A stretch of DNA of 64,000 bases, taken from NCBI GenBank assembly GCA_965203295.1, contig CBDBCZ010000019.1:1472001-1536000 (forward strand). Direction: 5' to 3'. This DNA is from Nitrospirales bacterium. GTDB taxonomy: Bacteria > Nitrospirota > Nitrospiria > Nitrospirales > UBA8639. The position numbers and the translations under genes are program-made. Positions 9,601 through 19,994 of this stretch are shown here, piece by piece; within the stretch, counting starts at the first letter, position 1, and each line of letters starts with the position of its first letter. Below the pieces are notes generated by a model. It was not told the origin of the DNA and made no database searches. It was given only the letters and a program-made list of their open reading frames with translations.

Positions 9601-10614
9601 TTGGGAAAAGTCATACTTCTGACAGGAGTGGCAGGATTCATTGGAAGCCACACAGCTGATGCATGTCTGGCTCGGGGCGATAAAGTTATAGGGTTAGATA
9701 ATTTAAATGATTACTACGATCCAGCCCGCAAACAAGTAAACATCTCGGAAGTAAAGGAAAAAGCCTTCAGAAACGGGTATCAAGATTTTTTCACTTTTAT
9801 CAAAGGCGACATTCGGGATGAAAAACTTGTCAGGGAACTTATTGAAGCGTATCAATTCGAGGTTGTGGTACACCTGGCGGCTATGGCTGGGGTGCGGGCG
9901 TCCATTGAGAATCCCCATGTATATTACGATGTCAATGTGATGGGGACGCTAAATTTGTTCGATGCAGTGGTCAATCGAAAGGGTGGTCAAGCAACTGCTT
10001 CTTCAATGCCTTCCTTTGTTTTTGCGTCAACCTCTTCGGTTTATGGAAAGACCAAGATCATTCCCTTTGTAGAAATTGATCCCTGTGATCGACCTTTGGC
10101 CCCCTATGCAGCCAGTAAGCGGGGAGCTGAATTGTTAGGATTTTCCTATCATCATCTTTATCGGCTTCCATTTACGGCTCTCAGGTTTTTCACAGTGTAC
10201 GGACCCCGTGGTCGTCCCGATATGATGGCCTATAAGGTGTTAAATAATATCTTTTTTGGTCGGGATGTTCCCCTCTATAACTCCGGGCACATGCATCGAG
10301 ATTGGACCTATGTTGGAGATATCGTTAAGGGGATTCTAGGTGCGGTAGATCGTCCTTTAGGCTGTGAAATTATTAACTTAGGCCGTGGTGAACCGGTGCT
10401 ACTAGACGAGTTTGTTTCACTTATTGAAGAGTTAGCTGGCAAGCGGGCAAACTTGATACCCACCCCAATGCTCGATGCTGATATGGCCTATACCTATGCC
10501 GACATCAGTAAAACTCGAGAGTTGTTGGGATACAATCCAACTGTATCAGTGAGAGAGGGAGTGACACGATTCTGGGAGTGGTACCAGGACGCTGTCTTGG
10601 GTAAGAACAAATAG
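9601..10614 (+). CDS. NAD-dependent nucleotide-sugar epimerase (UDP-glucuronate 4-epimerase-like)
   Basis: GVAGFIG, LNDYYDP, HLAAMAGVRAS, YAASK, LRFFTVYGPRGRPDM. Confidence 0.9.
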   Translation: MGKVILLTGVAGFIGSHTADACLARGDKVIGLDNLNDYYDPARKQVNISEVKEKAFRNGYQDFFTFIKGDIRDEKLVRELIEAYQFEVVVHLAAMAGVRASIENPHVYYDVNVMGTLNLFDAVVNRKGGQATASSMPSFVFASTSSVYGKTKIIPFVEIDPCDRPLAPYAASKRGAELLGFSYHHLYRLPFTALRFFTVYGPRGRPDMMAYKVLNNIFFGRDVPLYNSGHMHRDWTYVGDIVKGILGAVDRPLGCEIINLGRGEPVLLDEFVSLIEELAGKRANLIPTPMLDADMAYTYADISKTRELLGYNPTVSVREGVTRFWEWYQDAVLGKNK

Positions 10615-10891
10615 GAATTCCTCCTGTTTTTAGATGGATTTCTGAAGGGATCTTCACCCACTCACAATGCTACCGAAGATTTCATTCAATCTGGCTATTG
10701 TCATTGATCTCACGGTTACTTCATCAATGAATTCGTAAGTTCAATCTCAAACATACAGTTGTTCTTCCAGCATTGTGAAATTCCTGAGGAAACGAGAATA
10801 GGGTATTTCTTAGTCGTTTCCGTTTGACTGAGATGTGACGAATAAATTGACAAAGGGAGTCGAATCAAAGTCAAACAACAAGCGTAGATTC

Positions 10892-10920
10892 TTGCCTCGT
10901 GGGAGACACAATGGTACAGT
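10892..10920 (+). promoter_or_regulatory. Putative sigma70 promoter of tRNA-Leu
   Basis: TTGCCT-N17-TACAGT, 22 bp upstream of the tRNA. Confidence 0.45.
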
Positions 10921-10942
10921 TGGGCCCCGACTTTGCTGATTT

Positions 10943-11031
10943 GCCGGAGTGGCGGAAGTGGTAGACGCCAGGGATTTAAAATCCCTTGCTTCGAAAGGGG
11001 CGTGCCGGTTCGAGTCCGGCCTCCGGCACCA
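10943..11031 (+). tRNA. tRNA-Leu (anticodon TAA)
   Basis: GCCGGAG/CTCCGGC acceptor stem, D-loop GGTAGAC, AGGGA-TTTAAAA-TCCCT anticodon arm, long variable arm, GTTCGAGTCC T-loop, encoded CCA. Confidence 0.95.
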
Positions 11032-11289
11032 TATTTTCTAGTTGGTTGAGAGAGTTTTTAGACAGTATTTGGAATGAAAGTTTAGCCCAATATTATTGGG
11101 GATTGCGGCGTCTTTGTGGAGTTACATTTCTAAGCTAACAATTTCAACGTCTACTCTTTCCAGAGTGCCAAGTCAAATGTTAACTATTGCGCTTTGCGCC
11201 ACGGTCCATTTTCATTCTGCTCCGTGGGGATAGAATACGGATGCTGTTGGCTAGGGCTCGAAACTGTATCAGAATCTAAAGGGAAAGTC

Positions 11290-12144
11290 GTGAACATTCT
11301 AGTGCTTGGTTCCGCAGGGCAGATCGGCTCTCACTTCGTTGAGTACGTCAGGACTCAGATGACTTATGATGTAACGACGTTCGACATTGAGGATGATCCC
11401 GTACAGGATCTACGCATACGATCTGTCGCCTTGGAGCAGGCTGTCGCCAATTGTGACCTGGTGATGTTCTTGGCCTTCGATGTAGGTGGATCGCCGTATC
11501 TGCTGCAGTATCAACATACGTTCAAGTTCATCGACAATAACGCAACCATGCTGGCCAACGTCTTTGGACTTGTGCATAAGTACGAGTTTGGACTTGTGCA
11601 TAAGTACGAGAAGCCAGTCATTTTCGTTTCATCCCAGATGGCAACCATGAGTTGGTCGCCGTATGGTGCACTTAAGTCACTGGGCGAGATCTACGCAAAG
11701 TCAATGGGCGGTGTTGTCGTGAAGTTCTGGAACGTCTATGGACGTGAGCATGACCACAAGAAGTTTCACGTTATCTCCGACTTCATCACGATGGCGATCC
11801 GAGAAGGCAGGATTAGGATGAGGACGGATGGCCTGGAGGAGCGCCAGTTCCTCCAGGCCGACGATTGCTCAGGTGCACTCCTGTACCTGACGGCAAACTA
11901 TGCCACCCTAGACAGGGAAAAGGAGTACCACATCACGAGTCATGAATGGACGACAATCCGTAAGATTGCCGACATCATTGCCAATAAACTCGATGTAGAA
12001 GTGCAGCCAGGAGAGAAGACGGATACCGTTCAGGGTGTCAAGAATGAAGCAGACGACTACATGCTCAATTTCTAGAAGCCAGTCATCGGAATCCGCGAGG
12101 GGATTGAGGGATTAATTGACTATTATGTTGAGCACGGAATATAA
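11290..12144 (+). pseudogene. NAD-dependent epimerase/dehydratase with a 24-bp duplication and a late nonsense codon
   Basis: LGSAGQIG, YGALK, FWNVYG; FGLVHKYE duplicated (11563-11610); TAG 12073-12075 then KPVIGIREGIEGLIDYYVEHGI to TAA 12144. Confidence 0.75.
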
Positions 12145-12367
12145 ACTGGAAGCATAGATGCCGTTACCCAGAGCATACCAGAAATATCCAGAGCCTGAGG
12201 GTACGAGGTTCTATTTCTACGAGACTTGGTGCATTATTCCCCGTGGAGGACTGGCTCGCCTAATTCAAGTCGCGGAGAATTTGTCTTTCCCTTCATAGAT
12301 CAGTTTAGAAGATTGCTGCAAATAGATGCACGTGTGGGTCAGAATCGATCGGTTCTGCTTTGCGCAA

Positions 12368-12415
12368 GGCCGATAAAATTCACCGATTCTGGGCCGATAA
12401 AATTCACCGATTCTG
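12368..12415. repeat. Perfect 24-bp tandem duplication
   Basis: GGCCGATAAAATTCACCGATTCTG x2. Confidence 0.95.
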
Positions 12416-12437
12416 TCTGTGAACGTGTCTGGTCAAC

Positions 12438-13400
12438 GTGTCGGTGAGTACCACTTCTTTGTCTACAAACCTGCCCACTCCAAGCTGCCGGACACCTTAC
12501 CTGAGCATTGTGATTGCATCGAGGAACGACGGATACCTTGGCGATCTCATCGAGCGTTTGACAATTTTTCAGAAATGCCTCCTATTACAGCTTGAGCAAT
12601 ATCGCCTCGATGCGGAACTGATCGTCGTGGAGTGGAATCCGCCTCGAGAAACCGCCTCTCTCGCCGATGTCATCCCCTGGATTAAAGGCGGTAGCTGTAC
12701 GTCGGTTCGGGTCATTCGAGTCGACGAGCGCCAGCACGATCGGTACCCAAACGCTCGCCGAACACCGATGCTCGAGTATCCAGCGAAGAATGTCGGCATC
12801 CAGCGGGCAAAAGGGAGGTTTGCGCTCTCGACCAATGCGGATCTACTCTACAGCAAGGAGCTCATCCGATTCCTGGCGCAACGGCAACTGTGCGACGAGG
12901 CATTCTACCGAATCGATCGTTACGACTATTCGGGCCTTCCGCTAAGCACTTGGTCGCCAGCGGCGTGCATACAGCATGCACGAGCGAACGTGTTTGTGGC
13001 TCACATTCGGCAGACTTCGCGGTGGAAACGGAATTGGATTCGTATCAGACCCTGGTCCAAATGGCTGATCCGGCTCACCGGATCCTGGCCCGGATCTGCA
13101 AACCAATGTCGTGAGCGGTGGAAGGGAGATACTCCCGTCATTTCGATGCACGATGACGATGGTCTTTACTGGGGCCGCATCTGGCGATTTCCTGCTCGCT
13201 TCTGCAGATTCGTGGCGTCACCGTGCATGGTTTTTCATGCCGACCATCCGAGAATCGAGCACTCGTCACGTTTGCAACTCGCGGCGGAAGATTGGAAGGG
13301 ACATCTGGCGGCAATCCGGGCCGGTACTCTGGGTCCAGCGATCAATGACGACAATTGGGGATTAGCTGGCGAAGAATTGGAGGAAGTCCACATTGTCTAG
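12438..13400 (+). pseudogene. GT-A fold (GT2-like) glycosyltransferase, probably damaged near 13165-13220
   Basis: YLSIVIASRNDGY, ELIVVEWNPP, EYPAKNVGIQRAKG, TNADLL; the GAASGDFLLA motif lies in a different frame, suggesting a frameshift plus deletion. Confidence 0.6.
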
Positions 13401-13716
13401 GGCCAGCATGCGTTCGGGAATAGAGGGGAGCTCAAAGTGCATTCCGTGCACCTGATCACTGGGATATGAGTGGTCCATGACCGAAGTATACTTCCCTGAT
13501 CCTGCCCAAAAGAGACGTAATCGTGCTGCTGCTGGTAGAAGCATCAACGTTTTGGGCTGTAAAGGTGTGACTTTTAGAAATAGAAAGATCTTCAGCCTCT
13601 AACTTTTCAGACCAAACCCAATCCCTTCATCCCGTTCCAGGTGAATTGTAACGCCATGCTTTCTTTTTCCAGAAAATCACTTACATCTTTGACATTGTGG
13701 TTGAGGAGTTTTTTAA

Positions 13717-13990
13717 CCCGGATTTTGCATTAGACGTTGGTGTTTTTGTATCGTTGGGGTTGTGACACCGATGGTTCTCCCCAATTTTCTGTGAGGATGC
13801 TCATGAAACGACGACGCTCTGTTCTCCGCCGACAGGACAAAACGGTGGGCCGTGAGACTGGGCTTACCTGGGTGTTTACGGACAAGGCCGTGATAGCATG
13901 GGGTGGGCTCCGACTAATGCAAGAGTTTCTCACGCGCCTGCACTTCCGAGAGATGCTCGCCCAGAGTCCCTTGCCCCAGCCGCTATCCAA
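13717..13990 (+). mobile_element. IS1380-family remnant (left end plus transposase N-terminus)
   Basis: FTDKAVIAWGGLRLM..FREML..LPQPLSN resembles IS1380 transposase N-termini; candidate end CCCGGATTTTGCAT at 13717. Confidence 0.65.
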
Positions 13991-14106
13991 TTGTTTCTGA
14001 AAGAATGCGAATGGCGATTCAAAAGTCAGTCTCCCAAGACATGGTCGCTGAACTGAAAAGATGGTTAAGACAAACTCAAAAATGATCCATCTTCTATGCT
14101 AGCCCC
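13991..14106 (+). mobile_element. IS1595-family (IS1016-like) remnant (transposase C-terminus plus right end)
   Basis: LFLKECEWRF from 13991, then (1-bp shift) DMVAELKRWLR*; ends ...CTATGCTAGCCCC, the complement of a GGGGCT-type terminal repeat. Confidence 0.65.
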
Positions 14107-14288
14107 AAAAAACTTTGTGCTCGGAGAGAGGGAAGATAGTCCGTTTCTTCCTTCTGTTGTGAGGCTAGTGAATCTCTCACAGAATTCAGACATGTTACAT
14201 GTGAGAACCATCACCTCTCATATAATCGTGAATCCGAGCTTTTGCTGAAGCCTTTTTTAATTATCCTTTCACGGTTGTCAGGCGCAAA

Positions 14289-14318
14289 TTGACATCGTTT
14301 TAAACCCGCCCATAGAAT
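14289..14318 (+). promoter_or_regulatory. Putative sigma70 promoter of the pot operon
   Basis: TTGACA-N18-TAGAAT. Confidence 0.55.
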
Positions 14319-14359
14319 CTTGAGATTTTTACGATCTTAAAAAATTTTCAAGAGCCGTT

Positions 14360-15473
14360 GTGACTATTTCCTCTGCAAAACCCGTTAGTGTGAAACTCGA
14401 TAATCTTGTGAAACAGCATGGGGTGACGCTTGCGGTTGATTCTGTTTCACTGGAAATCAAGCAAGGAGAATTCTTTTCGATCTTAGGCCCAAGTGGATCA
14501 GGGAAAACCACGACATTGCGACTGATTGCCGGATTCGATGCTCCTGATCAGGGTGATGTCCTGATCCATGGCCGGTCCATGCGAGGGGTTCCTCCGCACC
14601 TGCGTCCGATCAATATGGTGTTCCAACATTACGCCCTCTTTCCTCACCTGACTGCTTGGCAGAATGTGGTATTCGGACTACAAATACAAAGCCTGACAAA
14701 ACACGACATTCGTGATCGGGGGGAAGCTGTGTTAGAAATGGTTCATTTGGAAGGGAAGCAACACCGGATGCCCAATGAACTATCTGGCGGGGAACAGCAA
14801 CGAGTTGCCCTAGCTCGAGCCTTGGTCAACCAGCCTCTCGTGTTGCTTCTAGATGAACCACTCGGCGCATTGGATCAGAATTTACGACAATCAATGAGAG
14901 AGGAGCTCAAGCGCATTCAGGAGCGAGTTGGGATAACCTTTATTTGCGTGACTCATCATCAAGAAGAAGCATTAGCCTTGTCTGATCGTGTTGCAGTCAT
15001 GAATCATGGACAAATCGCTCAGGTTGGAACTCCTCAAGATTTGTATGAGGCGCCCACCTCTCTTTTTGTGGCTGGTTTTGTTGGACTCTCTAATCAATTT
15101 TCTGGGGAAATCATTTCCATGAATGAAACTAAATGAAACTACCTGTATGACCAGCGTTCCTGACTTATCACCAGTTGAAATAGAACAACCTGAACATGTT
15201 TTTGTGGGAGGAGATGTGACGGTTATTCTTCGACCTGAAAGACTGAATTTGACACGAGATCGTTCAATAGCGAATGGCCCCAATTGTTTCCCATGCACGA
15301 TTCAAAAGGCCAATTATTCTGGTGGTGATTTCTGGTATCAGGTCTCACTTTCGTCTTCAATCGTCTGGACTCTTCGCCAAACGAATGACGGTGGGCTGCA
15401 GGAGAGATTTCAAGCAGGGGAGATGGCCTTTATTTGTTGGTCGCCACGGGATGGACGAGTTCTTTCCTCTTAG
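14360..15473 (+). pseudogene. potA: Spermidine/putrescine ABC transporter ATPase, frameshifted
   Basis: GPSGSGKT, LSGGEQQRVALARA, LLLDEP; 10-bp duplication AATGAAACTA (15122-15141) separates the TOBE domain. Confidence 0.88.
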
Positions 15474-15514
15474 CCTCTCAGCAACTAACGCAACCATCAT
15501 CCTTTTCTAAATTT

Positions 15515-16395
15515 ATGTCGAAGCCTGGTCGTTTTCAATTTCTTTCTCCTTATCGTGTTGGAGCCTTATTGCCTGCCCTCATTTTTTTGGGGCTATTTTT
15601 TGTCGTTCCCCTTCTTCTGGTAATGGGAGTCAGCTTTACGACACGGGGAACCTATGGTGGATTTGAATGGAATTTCACGTTTTCCAACTACGTGAGATTT
15701 ATCGATCCTCTCTATTGGAACATTTATGCTCGTGGAACATTTATGCTCGATCATTTTTGTTGGCGTTCGTGACCACTGGCATTTGCTTGGTGCTCAGTTT
15801 TCCCTTGGCGTATGTCATAGCCAGAGCGCCTCATCGTACCCAACAGGTCTGGCTTTTTTTAGTGATGATTCCGTTTTGGACCAATTTTTTAGTCCGCACC
15901 TATGCCTGGATCTTCATTCTTCGCACCGAGGGACTTCTCAATACCCAACTCATCAATTTAGGATTCATCTCAGAACCATTAAATTTGTTATACACTGATG
16001 GTGCAGTATTACTGGGATTGGTCTATGGGTATCTTCCCTTTATGATCCTTCCCTTGTACGTGGCGCTTGAACGGATTCCCGTGTCTTTGGAAGAAGCGGC
16101 ACGTGATTTGTATGCAAGGGGGTGGGCTGTCTTTAGGAAAGTCATTTTTCCTCTTTCTCAACCTGGGATTGTCGCAGGTTGCATCCTGGTGTTTGTTCCG
16201 TTCCTAGGGGCTTTTATTACACCATATCTTCTGGGTGGTGGCCAAAGCATGATGCTCGGCACATTGATTCAACATGAATTCTTGGTCGTTCGAGATTGGC
16301 CATTTGGGTCTGCCCCGTCCTTTGTATTAATGATCATTGTGTTGATATTGGCGTTGGTCCTATCCAAACGGCAACGAGTCTGGAGTCCGTCATGA
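15515..16395 (+). pseudogene. potB: Spermidine/putrescine ABC permease, frameshifted
   Basis: PFWTNFLVRTYAW, LEEAARDL; 17-bp duplication TGGAACATTTATGCTCG (15716-15749). Confidence 0.88.
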
Positions 16396-17159
16396 GTCGA
16401 CAAGGGTGGTTGCTGGGAAGCCTGAGCTTCGCGGCATTGTCTTTTCTCTACCTGCCTATTGTAATCTTAATCATCTTTTCGTTTAACGCCGCTAAAATCG
16501 TCGCATCTTGGCAGGGACTCACATTCCATTGGTATCAACTTTTGACGACGGATGAAAGTTTATGGGCTGCCACTCAAAATAGCCTTACGGTAGGTTTGCT
16601 TTCGATGATGGTAGATCTCGTGTTAGGTGTGGGGGCGGGAGTGGCGCTCGAGCGGGGTGTGTTTGCTTGGAGAAGCGGGGTTGAAAGTCTTGTTCTGCTT
16701 CCGCTGGTTATTCCGGAAATCATGATGGGAGTTTCATTACTGCTCCTTTTTGTGATCATTGGGTGGCCGTTGGGCCTATCAACCGTGACTGTCGGTCACA
16801 TTGTGTTTAATCTTCCTTTGGTGGCTGTCATTATCCGAGCTCGCCTTCGAAAGTTGGACCCAGTCCTTGAAGAGGCGGCGCGAGATTTAGGGGCCACGCC
16901 GTGGCAGGCATTCCGATATGTGACGCTTCCTCTTCTCCGACCGGCTATGTTGGGCGCTGGGCTCATGGCGTTTTCAGTTTCCCTTGATGATTTCATCGTG
17001 ACTTTTTTTACGGCAGGATCTGGCTCGACCACATTACCGCTTAAAGTTTTTTCAATGTTACGGACGGGAATTTCCCCAGAGATCAATGCTCTTTCAGCTC
17101 TTTTGGTCGTCATTTCCATGATTCTCATTGCGCTTTCCCTTTTGTTCCAACGAAAGTAA
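16392..17159 (+). CDS. potC: Spermidine/putrescine ABC permease
   Basis: FLYLPI..FSFN, LEEAARDLGA, SLDDFIVTFF, TTLPL; ATGA overlap with the potB stop. Confidence 0.88.
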   Translation: MSRQGWLLGSLSFAALSFLYLPIVILIIFSFNAAKIVASWQGLTFHWYQLLTTDESLWAATQNSLTVGLLSMMVDLVLGVGAGVALERGVFAWRSGVESLVLLPLVIPEIMMGVSLLLLFVIIGWPLGLSTVTVGHIVFNLPLVAVIIRARLRKLDPVLEEAARDLGATPWQAFRYVTLPLLRPAMLGAGLMAFSVSLDDFIVTFFTAGSGSTTLPLKVFSMLRTGISPEINALSALLVVISMILIALSLLFQRK

Positions 17160-17179
17160 GAAGGATCTGCAGGTGTTCC

Positions 17180-18289
17180 ATGTCATTGATTTCTAAGCGG
17201 AAGGTCTTTGTGGACGGCTGCGTCGTGGTTGCCGGACTCGTGTGTCTCCTGTTTTTGGGATGATGCCAATCGGAAAGAGAAGGGGAGAGGGAAGACGAGA
17301 AACGCGCAGAGACTCATTCATCTGACGTCCTCTATTATTTTACGTGGTCTGATTATGTAGATCGAGGGTTACTCAAGGGTTTTGAGGAGCGAACTGGTGC
17401 TCAGGTCGTCGTCGATACGTTTAGCAGTAATGAGGAATTACTGGCTAAAGTTCAAGGTGGCGCGACTGGCTATGATGTTGTCGTGCCTTCTGATTTTATG
17501 GTGACGATCATGGCTCAGCAGGGGCTTCTTGCTCCGTTGGATTTATTGGCAATCCCTAACTTCCAGCATAGTGAGAACTGGTTAAAAGATTTACCGTTTG
17601 ATCCACACAATGAATTTTCAGTTCCCTATCCCTATTTGTGGGGAACAGTTGGCATTGGATATGACTCTGCGGTCATTGATTTGCCTCCTGCATCGTGGAA
17701 CATTTTGTGGGATGCCAGGTTTTCCGGTAAAATAAGTATGCTGAATGATCAACGAGAAGTCTTAGGCATGGCTCTCCGCTCTCTGGGGTACTCCCTGAAT
17801 AGTCGAGATCCTCAACGCATCGAACAAGCCAAACAAAAGCTCATCCAGCAAAAACCTCTCGTCAAAAGCTATACCAGTGAGACGTTTGACCATATGCTCG
17901 CGTCTGGAGACGTGGTGCTCTCTCATGCCTGGGGTGGGCCTATTGCTCGAGCGATGCAAGAGCGGCCTTCGATCCGTTATGTTGTACCTCAAGAAGGGGG
18001 GACGATTTGGACCGATTGTTTGGCCGTCTTAAGCACTTCGTCGAATAAAGCCTTAGCGATGGAATTCATTAATTACTTGTTGGAAACTGACGTGGCAGTG
18101 ACAACCTCAAACCGGTTGCTCTTCGCCTCTGCCAACCGTTTTGTCAAGGACAAAGTGAACACCGAGGTGAGGAATAACCCTGCTGTCTATCCCTCAGAAT
18201 CAGTTGTTGAACGAATGGAATGGATGACCACAGTTGGGGACGAGATTCGGTATTACGATCGAGCCTGGACTGAGCTCAAGATTCATTAA
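17180..18289 (+). pseudogene. potD: Spermidine/putrescine-binding lipoprotein, nonsense codon in the lipobox
   Basis: ATG 17180..FLG*C (TGA 17261-17263)..FTWSDYV..SNEELLAK..GYDVVVPSDF; also a 6-bp duplication (PYPY) at 17624-17635. Confidence 0.85.
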
Positions 18290-18393
18290 TCGTCGTGATG
18301 AAAAGAATGGTTGCCTATATAGCCTTGACCCTTGGAGGGAGGAACCACTAGACTAAAAATGCTGGGTTTTTATCCTAAAAACGAGGAGAAAAT

Positions 18394-19245
18394 ATGAGAG
18401 TGTCTGTTTTGATCGTGGTCGTGGTGGGTGTCGTTTTATGTGCCGGTAGTCCGCCCGTTTTGGATAAAAGTTTGGCTTCTTTTCCCGTAGGGATGGTGTG
18501 GCTTGTTCAAGTCCCATATGCGCCTCCCCCTGAAGCTGAATTCCCAGATATTCCTAAAGCCACGCCGGGTCCTGAGTTCTTAACACCTGAAGAAGCCAAA
18601 CGAGCTGAGCTGTTGTTGCCAATGTTGTCGGGTCCCCAAGAACTGTATGCGATAGGCGAGTTCGTTCACTTGGGGAAGCCTGCTGTCCCGGTGATTATCA
18701 AAGCCTTAACGATGCCTGACACGAGAGTGCGATACAATGCTATAGAAACATTGAAAATTATAAAGGTTCCTTCATCGGTTCCTGCCTTGCTCGAATCAGC
18801 CATGAATGTGAATGAAGTGACTCGGATTCGAGCTCATGCTTTACGAACAGCAGTGAGAATCGACCCTAGGCAAGTCTTGCCTGCCCTTGAGGTTATTGAT
18901 AAGGATGATACTGATACCATGCGCCGAACGGTTGCCTTCGAGGCTAGGTATGTTAGGCAGAAAGAGGTGATCCCGATCTTAATCGAAATGCTCGGAGACT
19001 CTGAGCGTTTTGTGGCGGTGACGGCTTTGGAATCCTTTTTGGTGCTCACGAGATATGCCGGAAAATCTCATGATTGGCAAGGGTCAACTCAGGAACAGCG
19101 GAAAGTCTGGGCATTAGAATGGAAAGAGTGGTGGGAGACAAATTCGCGACGGCGAGAACAGGAAAGCCAGGCCTCCCCAAAGGCTATGGCTAAGTCGAAA
19201 AAAGGTCAAGGTGGAAGTCTTGAATTTTTTCCAATTCACGAATAA
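18394..19245 (+). CDS. HEAT-repeat protein, probably exported
   Basis: GAGGAG RBS; VRYNAIETL and IRAHALRTA repeats; W-rich 'WKEWWE' tail. Confidence 0.7.
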   Translation: MRVSVLIVVVVGVVLCAGSPPVLDKSLASFPVGMVWLVQVPYAPPPEAEFPDIPKATPGPEFLTPEEAKRAELLLPMLSGPQELYAIGEFVHLGKPAVPVIIKALTMPDTRVRYNAIETLKIIKVPSSVPALLESAMNVNEVTRIRAHALRTAVRIDPRQVLPALEVIDKDDTDTMRRTVAFEARYVRQKEVIPILIEMLGDSERFVAVTALESFLVLTRYAGKSHDWQGSTQEQRKVWALEWKEWWETNSRRREQESQASPKAMAKSKKGQGGSLEFFPIHE

Positions 19246-19369
19246 CGAGAGGCCTCTCAGTCACGTTATCATGTGCTACGTGGTTCCATGCGAAGATTGT
19301 CTGAATCACTGATGAACGTGTTATGTCTAAGTATGTTTTGTCCTGCTATACAACCATGGAGTAACGCAG

Positions 19370-19900
19370 ATGGCGCTTTTACCTATTGCTAAACTCGGGA
19401 ATCCCGTATTGCGACAAATGGCCGAGCCCGTTGATCCTAATCGTCTTGGGAGCCGAGATTATCAACGATTTATCGATGATATGTTTGAAACGATGCTAGA
19501 AAATGCGGGAATTGGGCTTGCAGCCCCGCAAGTGTCCCGTTCCGAACAATGTATCGTGATGGAATGTGGGGGAGATGAGGGATTTTCTGAAACTGTTCTG
19601 ATCAACCCTAAAATTGTGTTTTACGGTCCACATCAAACCGAAATGTGGGAAGGTTGTTTGAGTGTTGATGGGTTACGTGGCAAAGTCACTCGCCCTTCAA
19701 TCATCAGAGTTCAGGCGCTGGATCGTCATGGTTCCTCTTTGGACTTCGAGGCCAGCGGGCTTTACGCCGTCTGCATTCAGCATGAACTTGATCATTTAAT
19801 TGGGAAAACGTTTTTAGATCGAATGACCGATTTGTCGACGCTCACTCAAATGCAAGAATTTGAGAAGTATTGGCAAAAGGAGCCTGCCACCGTTATTTAA
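19370..19900 (+). CDS. def: Peptide deformylase
   Basis: GIGLAAPQ, EGCLS, QHELDHL. Confidence 0.97.
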   Translation: MALLPIAKLGNPVLRQMAEPVDPNRLGSRDYQRFIDDMFETMLENAGIGLAAPQVSRSEQCIVMECGGDEGFSETVLINPKIVFYGPHQTEMWEGCLSVDGLRGKVTRPSIIRVQALDRHGSSLDFEASGLYAVCIQHELDHLIGKTFLDRMTDLSTLTQMQEFEKYWQKEPATVI

Positions 19901-19994
19901 CCCCTGAGTTCGGCCATCCTGAATGGCTTCTTATCAAGGAGGAGTCAAGCCTGGTTTTGACAAGGAATCATTGGTGCTTGTGGACTGAACCATT

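Noticed and set aside
10620..10860. Possible gene remnants in intergenic stretches (also 13400-13716, 27040-27180, 34210-34470)
   Set aside because: Only short stop-interrupted frames with no family I could recognise.
11563..12415. The 24-bp repeats as a CRISPR array
   Set aside because: They are two unrelated two-copy tandem duplications with no spacers, and no cas1/cas2 is present.
11032..14106. Prophage or active integrative element at tRNA-Leu
   Set aside because: No integrase, att duplication or phage structural genes were seen.
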